A stretch of 64,000 nt of DNA, from positions 2,356,001 to 2,420,000 of the forward strand of contig OX597826.1 of NCBI GenBank assembly GCA_951406725.2, given 5' to 3'. Each line of letters opens with the position of its first letter. Within the stretch, counting starts at the first letter, position 1. The notes beneath the pieces are model-generated. The model searched no databases. It worked only from the letters and a program-made list of their open reading frames with translations, and was not told the origin of the DNA. The position numbers were made by a program, and so were the translations under genes. Positions 54,099 through 64,000 of the stretch are shown in pieces. Source of the DNA: Octopus vulgaris (taxonomy: Eukaryota).

Positions 54099-54900
54099 CA
54101 CGGGGTGCGATGGGTAAATTGTTGCCATTTCAGATTTTTATATTTCGCGCATGCGCATTGTTTGTTTTTCCTTTTGTCGACTACACAGTATTGTAGAAGC
54201 CTTTGGGCACCGTCTGTGAGAAAAACAGCATCATGATGCAATTCACTCTGCCAGAAATTTGGAAACGTCACGCTGTACTGCTTTGCATGGAAGACTCAGT
54301 AGGAACATAATAAATGCACAGAACAACCGATGGCCTGACCTGTCGCCAAAACATGTACCGAGAGTGATAAGAATCAAACCTCCAGTCAACAGCATGGTGC
54401 TTGGATTAATCACTAGTGATGGCGCTGTTATGTCTTCATACATCTTCACACACTACATGGCACACAGCACAGAAGCCTACATCAAGTACCTGGAGGAGGT
54501 AGTACTACCCTGGGTCGAGAGGGTGACGGCTGGAAGACCCTATGTCTAACAACAATATTCTGTTCCACGCCACACTGGCAGGCAAACCCTGTTATGGGTG
54601 TCATAATTTCTGCAACTACATCACCCCTAAAATCTGGTCACCTGACACCCAAGTCTCCAATTCCCTTGATTATTTTGTGTGGGGTGCAGTTGAGTGAGAG
54701 AATAACAAAACTCCTTGTAACACCAAAGATAAACTGAAGGTGAGGATTATGGCAGCATTTACCAACATGAGACAAGGAGACGGCCCAGAGGAGTAGTAGG
54801 AGATTCTGAAGTCGTCTGGAGACCATGGTTGAAGCCATTGGTGATTTCATTGAATAAATTTACTCTTTAGTATTTCAGGATATTTTTATGTAATTTTCCG
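54098..54900 (+). mobile_element. Tc1/mariner DD37D (maT/Bmmar1-like) transposon relic
   Basis: Begins tacacggggtgcgatgggtaaattg after (TA)n; NAQNNRW..MVLGLITSDG..YIKYLEEVVLPW..GRPYV*QQYSVPRH..IWSPDTQVSNSLDYFVWGAVE..GDFIE* (ends 54857). Confidence 0.88.
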
Positions 54901-55249
54901 TATCATACGTTAAAAAACATGTTTTATTTTACACGGAAGGTAGACAAAGTTGCCAGGTATGCGAATAAAATACAAGAGTTAAGGAATAGAGCAGATAATA
55001 TCTGGACTACATATGTTTCATAGCGAGCGGAACTTTGGAAGTTGTGAATATCCAAGCGAGATGTATACCGCTGCCTACTCTCCCGGTCAAGGGCATCTTC
55101 ATTAAATGAAGTTTACATTGCCGTAAATATATACGTCAATACACGGACGATTCAATGAGAATCGATCAGACGCACACATTCTTAGCTCTTGTATATATGT
55201 ATGTATGCACACACACACACACATATATAGTATAATGCATATATATATG

Positions 55250-55334
<85 letters not shown>

Positions 55335-55337
55335 GTA

Positions 55338-55390
55338 AAATATTATTTTGTGAGTCATGCACTGTAGAAAAAAAATATATGCATATATAT

Positions 55391-55451
<61 letters not shown>

Positions 55452-55533
55452 CATATACATATATATGTATATATGTGTATATATATATGTATATATATAT
55501 ATATTCTACGGTTCATGACTCACATGAATATTT
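55338..55533. repeat. Inverted repeat centred on an (AT)n tract
   Basis: aaatattattttgtgagtcatgcactgtagaa / ttctacggttcatgactcacatgaatattt. Confidence 0.8.
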
Positions 55534-55829
55534 CCGCAGAACTGAGCCTATAATATTCTTACGTAATAACTCTCGCTCATGGAACATTCCTTCAGGATAT
55601 TTCTCATTTTTTCCTCCATAAATCCAGGTATAGCAAAGAATTTATCAGATTGCTTTATATACCCATAATAGACACACATGCACACATAAACACCCGCATA
55701 CACACATATACATATATATAAAAATAGATATAAAAATATATACATATATACACAGATAGATATAAACGTATATCTCCATATATAAATACACAAATATATG
55801 CATATATACACACACGCACACACACATAA

Positions 55830-55907
<78 letters not shown>

Positions 55908-56750
55908 TGTAGAGAATTGTGTAAATACATTCTAATAGAATGCTAGAAATAGGTATATATCTTACTCTCCACAAGTTTGTTTTCTATATGCAAATGAATT
56001 TGGATGAAAGCCTCATGATGACATTTTCACCTGAGTAGATTTGGTTGAAGATTAGTGATATTTAAGTAATGTTCATAAATGTTACTATCAACATAAAAAT
56101 ACATTCTGGTGTCACCAAACAGGTTAAATTCTCCAAACGATATATATATATATATACCCACTTTTCATGTTTTTTTAATTGACCTTTATAATCATAACAT
56201 CTCGTATTACGAAACTATATTTATTCTACCCCCCCGTATACATGTACCTACACACATATGCACGGTGTTCATGTTATTATATATTAGTTCAGCTACATTT
56301 TATATCTTTTTACTTTTAGTATATATTTTATATGTTTACATTTTTATTTTTTTTTAAATTATTATTTGAATTTGTAATATATACATGTACCGCACCCAAG
56401 TATTATGAATCTCTGTATGCAAGATTTCGTTTCTCAGATCTAAAGTTCTAACGACTGAAATTTTTATCTTCTTCAAAAATATTTTATTACTTCTTAGCCC
56501 ATAAACAAGCAAAAGAACAGTTGTTCTATATACGGAGTATTGTCTCTATTAAAAAATTCCTTATACACACACACACACACACACAAACATATATATATAT
56601 ATATAATTATTAAAATTATGGGTATCTACGAGATACCACCATGCTAGATATATCAGCCAAAACTTAACTCTACAACCACATTAAATGTTCATACAGCACC
56701 AGGAAAGTGGACAAAGACACAAAATAAACTAGCAAAAAAAATATTGGATA

Positions 56751-56809
56751 ATTCCAGATCCCGGATCTCTGTCTCTGCATAAGAAATGCTTTGCCTTCAT
56801 CAGTGGAAT
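56751..56809 (-). ncRNA. Type-I hammerhead motif with one core substitution
   Basis: Minus strand: stem I ATTCCA/TGGAAT perfect; CTGATGA-A; GCAT/ATGC hairpin; GAGA in place of GAAA; near-palindromic TCCGGGA; TC; 150-nt tail to (TA)n at ~56600. Confidence 0.6.
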
Positions 56810-56834
56810 ATACGCAAATGGTACATAAATACAA

Positions 56835-56868
<34 letters not shown>

Positions 56869-56871
56869 ATT

Positions 56872-56940
<69 letters not shown>

Positions 56941-57094
56941 CATACGAATACTTACATATACGCACGTAAATGCACGTATATATGCATGTATGCACACGAC
57001 CAGTTTAAATTGCCAGTCTAAACTGCTCGTGCAATATTCCCATGCTAGCACCCTGATATGATCGGTATTTTGAATAACATTCTTATCCTTATTC

Positions 57095-57208
<114 letters not shown>

Positions 57209-57429
57209 GTGATTCAAATTTCTAACTACTAGCCAATCGAATTAATCTAAAATAATCATTACCTAGTGGTCAGAATTTCTAAACTCATAGTTATTTCGAT
57301 CTTGATAGGATGGACTTGGTGCAAACATAAATGTATTGATTATTATTATTATTATTATTATTAATATTAATAGTAATTTTTATTGACTTTTATAGCTTTA
57401 TAATTTTATGAACTGAACCATGGTTTTAT

Positions 57430-57468
<39 letters not shown>

Positions 57469-58394
57469 TATTAACAATATTTTATATGCTTAAAGCTTAT
57501 AAGTGATCACCCTGCAACGTTGTAGCGTTCAGGGCTAAAATCTTGATTTTCTACGGCTGAAGTCTTGCTGAAATCAATTACTATTCCATTTTCACACTTT
57601 ACCAGATGTACAGTCTGTATTTACAGTTTCTCTTTGTCTAACAGAAGCTCCGTAGCTCATTTTACTGTAGTGACTCTCCGAGAAACAACACTGTTCTCTA
57701 TACCGTTGACAGTATTTCCTATCTGATCTTTCTTTTTCTGAAGATTTAATAACTTCAGTTGCCTTCGATCATAAATATCCGTACTTTCTTCGGCAATTTA
57801 CTCATTGCTACTCTTAACAGTTTTCCAGAAATGTAGATCCATAAATTTTATTGTAGATAGAGAAAAATGGATTTTCTTGCTCAGTAACTTGTTGATTTCA
57901 GAATACCTTTCCTACTTCACCAAGAATGGAATGTTGATTTTAATACGTTAGTATGGGATTCTGTTTACTTTAGATATATATGTATCGCACACAACACATC
58001 TCATAATGTAGCTATTGAAGTTGTAATTAAACCTATTTGCAAACATCTCTTGGTTTAAACATCACACGGAATCACTTGTAAAACTCTGTTTGACAGATAC
58101 ATAAAAGGGATCTTCTTGATATTTTAAATAGCTTCTGTATCATTTTCTTCACTCATACGAATATACTCACAGTGTAAATGCATGTAGAAATGGAAACGTA
58201 TGCATATGCATACACAGTCATCCGCATACATGGAACTATATAGAAGCACACACACACACACAGAAACACACACAAGCATGTACGAATTTACATTCATAAA
58301 CAATTTAAATACACGATCTTTGAAGGCAGAAACTAAATTTATTTCACCCCAGTTGAAAATGATCCCCAGAGCAAGATTAGTCTCTGAACCCAGG

Positions 58395-59148
58395 AACAGG
58401 TACACAAAAGAAACCGGATTTTTGCAATAACATTTTACTCATTTAGTTTTATATGTTTACACTATTATCCCCTGCAGAGTATTGTCCAATTGGCGCAATG
58501 CCTTCGTCGAGATGCGTTTTCCACTGTTCGAAGCAGTCCAGACCTGGAACAGCTACGAAGTGATGCTTTTAACGCCTCAGTCGTTTTTTTCTTCACCTCT
58601 TGCACATTTGCAAAATGTTTACCTATAAGGACTTTTTTCATTCGGGGTAACACTTCCAAATGATCTTTCACTTGACAACACACATTCAATCATGACTGCT
58701 TTTGATTTTATGTGAGCAAGCTAAGCACAAATTTTGCTACAACTCCTTTTATTCGCAATTCCTCGTTAAAAATTAGTTGGCGGGAGCTCCAGGACTCAAG
58801 CTACAAGTGACTATTCTTAATGCGTGAAAACCACTCGTAAACATGTGTTTTATTGATGTCAGCGTCGTTGTAAGCTGTTTGAAGAGCGACAACTGTTTGG
58901 GCCGGTGTTTGCTCCAGCAGAAAACAGAATTTCACGGAAACCTCCTGATTTTCGTTTCAGCAATCGCAAAAAAATCTACAAACAGGAGAGGAGTAATGCA
59001 AAACAAAGACACTCTCCGTGGCGGCACAACTTCGTTCAGGAGACTGATTCTTGAGGGTTGATCAAGTGACCTCTAGCGGTGGAGGACTGAACTATATCGA
59101 ACTTCTATCACAGAGAATATTTCCGTTTAACTTTGAGTACATCCTCAT
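58395..59148 (-). mobile_element. Internally deleted mariner relic
   Basis: PRMKKVLIGKHFANVQEVKKKTTEALK matches a mariner C-terminus; degenerate TIRs gtacacaaaagaaaccgga / tccgtttaactttgagtac. Confidence 0.75.
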
Positions 59149-59424
59149 ATACTTGATTTAATCATTCTATGTCACTCAACCTTTACGAAGCACTTTTCAA
59201 TACGCTAGATAAAATCTATACGAAACAACAGGTACAAGTGTGATGCGCTGCATATACGAATATAAAGATGCATCTATTCGTTCATCAATCTATCCTTACC
59301 TACATACATCTATCCATTCATGCATCCACCCGTCCTTCGGTCTGTCTGTCGGTCTATCCATATATATATATACACACATATATCTGTTTGTATATATATA
59401 TATATATATATATATACATACACG

Positions 59425-59466
<42 letters not shown>

Positions 59467-59820
59467 TATAAAACATACATACATTGTGGGGTCCAAAAAG
59501 ATATATTCCTAATAAATATCATCATATCAAAGTGATAGCCTGCTATAGCAAGCAATTAAAATGTGAAATTAACAAGTAAAGAGTTTGTTATAGGTATGTC
59601 AAAGGTAAAATATTATATAAAACACTACAAACAATTAGAAAAATGGAAGAGTAGACTTCAATAGTTCAAATTAGAATTTAATTGCCACATATGAACGTTT
59701 CAAATAGTAATACCAACATGTAAGAAAACAACATTAATTCTAATAATAATAATTTAAATAGTCATGTATTAACAATCTCGTCAGTGCAATAATTAAAGGA
59801 AAACATCAAGAAAGGTATTA

Positions 59821-60172
59821 ACAAAAGAAAATTTGAAGGAAAAACAAAGAGGCTATAAGTTTAATTATATAGGTTGTACACAGAACCCATTTAAATTGCA
59901 ATTAAGTAGCCATAAATCATACTTTAATGACCTTAGGAAAGTAAACTGTACTAGTCTATCAACAAATATTTGGCAACTGTAAAGAGATAGCATAGATTAT
60001 TGGAAGATTATTTCTTCTGCTATTTCTTATAGGATTAGCAACAGAACATGTTTTTTATGCCTAGAAGAATCTTTTAAAATTATGAAAATGAATGATTCTC
60101 TCTCAAATTCGAGAGATGAGAGTTTTTTCATGTAAACATACGTCTAAATTTCTTTTTATTAACCTTAAATAA
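59821..60172 (+). pseudogene. Penelope-like element GIY-YIG endonuclease C-terminal relic (absent from ORF track)
   Basis: Manual translation: YIGCTQNPFKLQLSSHKSYFNDLRKVNCTSLSTNIWQL*RDSIDYWKIISSAISYRISNRTCFLCLEESFKI..NSRDE, frameshift, SCKHTSKF; matches the PLE pattern YIG-T..F..H..F..T.LS..IW.L..W.I..C.LCL.E..N.R.E..C.H..KF. Confidence 0.88.
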
Positions 60173-60390
60173 GTTTTTCTCCACAAACCCCCTTCCTCAT
60201 GTTGGTCCTTATTCTAAGTATTACCTATCTTTAATTCTTCGTATAATACCTCCAGTTTACCTATCTACTACATATATGTATATCTCCATGTATATATGTA
60301 ACGTGTATATGCAGATGATTGATTATATATTTGTATATGTTTATTTTATGTAAGTATATATGTATGTATGTGTGCACTTGTATATATACG

Positions 60391-60446
<56 letters not shown>

Positions 60447-60629
60447 TATACATATATATATATTATATGTATGTATATGTTGATGCATATATATGTGTGT
60501 GTATGTGTGTGCGTATATATATGTGTGTGAATATATAAATACATATTTATGAAGGTGTATATGTATATATATTTATATCTATATGTGAATGTATACGTAT
60601 GTGCATGTTTATGTGTATGTATATACGTG

Positions 60630-60665
<36 letters not shown>

Positions 60666-60756
60666 CGTGTGTATGTGTGTATATATTTCGCATATATATG
60701 TACGTGTTTTTTTTATATATTTATATACGAATACTTGGGTTTATTTTTTGTTTTAG

Positions 60757-60815
<59 letters not shown>

Positions 60816-61331
60816 CATTATTATTTTTAGCTTTTTATCTTCATTTTTTCATATACCTATGTGAGTAAAGTTTTTGTTTTGCTTTTTCCTATATATATAT
60901 ATATATATATCAATATAGCTTGTGTGTGTGTGTAGTTGTATACATGTGTATTTACTGTAAATTATTAATAATATAATAATTTACCATTATTTTATTATTT
61001 TCTTTGTATTCAAATGTATATGCGTGTAGGTGTCTATAGCTTTTATGTAAGAGAGCGTGCATTTATGCATGTTAAATACGTGTGTTGACCTTTTGTTTAC
61101 AATTTTTTGTCTCGGATTTTTCCTACTTATATTTATAAATATCCGTTGCCCAAAACAGTTATAGTTTCTTACACGGATAGATTCGAAGCTACATTAACAT
61201 GCTCCTATATCTCTTCCTTTTCTCCCATTTTACAATTTATTTACAAATATCCAGTCGGCTTCTCCGACACAGCCTCTTTGTTTTCCTTGTAATTTTCTTT
61301 TGTTAATACCTTTTTTGATGTTTTTCTTTAA

Positions 61332-61442
61332 TTTTTTGCATTGACGGGAATGGTAATACATAACTATTTAAATTATTATTACTAGAATTAATGTCTTTTC
61401 TTACATGTTGGTATTACTATTTGAAACGGTCGTAAGTAGAAA
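61332..61442 (+). ncRNA. Degenerate hammerhead motif, probable 3' terminus of the upstream PLE
   Basis: TTGACGG core (2 substitutions); 12-bp stem II GAATGGTAATAC/GTATTACTATTT; GAAA (61423-61426); CGGTCG; TA; stem I ttttgc/gtagaa; (TA)n about 45 nt later. Confidence 0.55.
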
Positions 61443-61495
61443 TTAAATTCTAATTTGAACTTTTGAAGTCTTCTCTTATACATGCCTATATATAT

Positions 61496-61598
<103 letters not shown>

Positions 61599-61735
61599 TT
61601 ATAAAAAAATTTGGCATTAGAAATTTTTTCGTTTGCCCTTATCTATAAGTTGTTTATAAATTTAACCTTTAAAGGTACTTTTTAACATGCTGGCCATTGA
61701 TAATTCTTTTTTTCGAAAAAAATTTTATCCTACAT

Positions 61736-61785
<50 letters not shown>

Positions 61786-61788
<3 letters not shown>

Positions 61789-61925
61789 GACGGGCTTAAT
61801 TCAGGTTCCGGCTACCAAATCCACTCAGAAAGTTTTGGTCGGCCCAAGGTGCAATGTAGTGAGACTGAACTCGAAACCATGTGGTTGAAAAGCAAGCTTC
61901 TTTTCATGCAGCTGCTCTCTCGCCT
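61786..61925 (-). mobile_element. SINE family A, 5' half
   Basis: tacgacgggctt...ctaccaaatccactca...gactgaactcgaaaccatgtggttg. Confidence 0.8.
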
Positions 61926-61929
61926 TAAT

Positions 61930-62230
<301 letters not shown>

Positions 62231-62740
62231 TAAATTTACTCAGATATGAACTGGTATACTAGAAGGCATGAGCAGAAAGCTCCAACAAAATAACTACCAA
62301 CGCAATTGAAAAGGGCATGTGGTGCCCGTACATGGCTGGATTTATTTACATTTTAAGCTACGACAACGAACCAATGACAATGTTCCACGCAAATAAATCC
62401 CAGCAACTATCGAAAAATTTGTGTGCGTTTACATTTGGAAGTATTCTCTTTCCACATTACTTTTCCAAACAATGCTTCTAACATACACAAAGCTTGTTTG
62501 TCTTGTCGATATATATTACTTGAGAAACCTCCAGGGAATACATATTCATATGTATTAAAGCAAAATTTCTCAATACCGGTGGAAAATGTGAATGAAAAAT
62601 ATATCTCCAGAGGTCGTTAGGGGTTTCTTCGGTACATGTTTACATGCATTATACGGTTACATTCAATATAATCCTTAAGAATGCTATGCAATATATATAT
62701 ATGAGTATATGAGTGTATGCATGGGTTAATATTATGTATG

Positions 62741-62776
<36 letters not shown>

Positions 62777-63571
62777 ATGTTTGTCTTCAGCTTTTCTTTG
62801 TTTAGGATCAATACATGGAACTTTGTGTGTATATTGTGCATGTTTATTCAAATTTTTCGTATACTGTCTTGCCGATACCCGATGCCAACTAGAACATGAA
62901 TAATATGAAGTCAATTTTTTTTCTTGATTCTCTTTCACCTTGGTTACTTTTCGTCAAAATACCTTTACTTTTCTCTAAAATTTAAAATTTTAACGTAAGA
63001 AGCCCCATTCTCTTTCGTCAGAAAATATAAAACGTACACAACACACAGATATTCCCATACAAATATAGAGAGCGAAACACACATTCTCACATATAAACGT
63101 ATGCATGTATCATTTTATTTCATTCTGCCTTAATAAATACTGGGCTTGGTTTTCTTTTATTTCTAGTTTGCAGATGAGTTAAAATCATACATTTTAAACG
63201 CAAAAGGTTGTTTGGGTGTCACGTAAAATGCCACACGGTTTATCATTCAACGCTGCATGTTCCCAGTTCAAATGACTCTGAGGCCAGTAGTGTTTCATTT
63301 TTATTTTCTTTCATTTTTTTACTCTGTTCTCGATAAAATATTGTGACACTCAAGGAGTGCGATTGATATCTTTCATTTTTCTTGCCATCAAAATCCTAAA
63401 GTTGCTCCAGCTTACGAAATTATACACACACGCAGGTACGCACCCGAGCAAACACACACACACACACGAACAGAGTCAAATATACATTAATATAATGAGA
63501 TCAAATCGGTCGTGGTCAACTGCTGGTTAGCCTATACAAGATTTGTAAATAATCGCTCGATATAAACTTAT

Positions 63572-63986
63572 TAGCGTAGGAGTGGTTGCGTGGTAAGTAG
63601 CTTGCTTACCAGCCACATGGTTCCAGTTTCAATCACACTGCGTGGCACCTGGGGCAAGTGTCTTCTACTATAGCCACGGGCCGACCAAAGCCTTGTGAGT
63701 GGCTTTGGTAATCGGAAACTGAAAGAAAACTGTCGTATATATGTAAATATATATATGTGTGTGTGTGTATGTTTGTGCGTCTGTGTTTGTCCCCACAACA
63801 TCGCTTGACAACCGATGCTGGTGTGTTTACGTCCCCGTAAATTAGCGGTTCGGCAAAAGACACCGATAGAATAAGTACTAGGCTTACAAAGAATAAGTAC
63901 TGGGGTCGATTTGCTCTACTAAAGGCGGTGCTCCAGCATGGTGGCCGCAGTCAAATGACTGAAACAACTAAAAGAGTAAAAGAGTA
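63572..63986 (+). mobile_element. SINE family A, full length
   Basis: Collinear with 19970-20399; tail aaagagtaaaagagtaa. Confidence 0.92.
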
Positions 63987-64000
63987 ACGTTTGAATATCG

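Overview
AT-rich, microsatellite-saturated eukaryotic DNA, most likely intronic or intergenic sequence of an octopus (coleoid cephalopod). The organism call rests on my recognition of the SINE families and repeat landscape, not on a search. I find no convincing host protein-coding exon, and nearly all ORFs in the track are translations of simple repeats. The window holds about 35 tRNA-head SINE copies (four modular families), three Tc1/mariner relics (two mariner, one with DD34D-type motifs; one DD37D maT-like), and several Dong/R4-clade LINE 3' ends embedded in (AAT)n tracts. It also holds a Penelope-like (PLE) GIY-YIG endonuclease relic at ~59.8-60.2 kb that the ORF track misses. The most interesting layer is non-coding: at least seven type-I hammerhead-ribozyme motifs with short or palindromic stem III (two with fully intact cores, 31960-32016 and 38365-38463), most of them 35-150 nt upstream of a (TA)n or other dinucleotide tract. 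There are also about eleven local fold-back (inverted) duplications with arms of ~30-200 bp, several built from the same PLE-like terminus. I read these together as a hammerhead-bearing, (TA)n-associated PLE or non-autonomous retroelement system that leaves snap-back hairpins. All structures and identities were read by eye and need computational confirmation.
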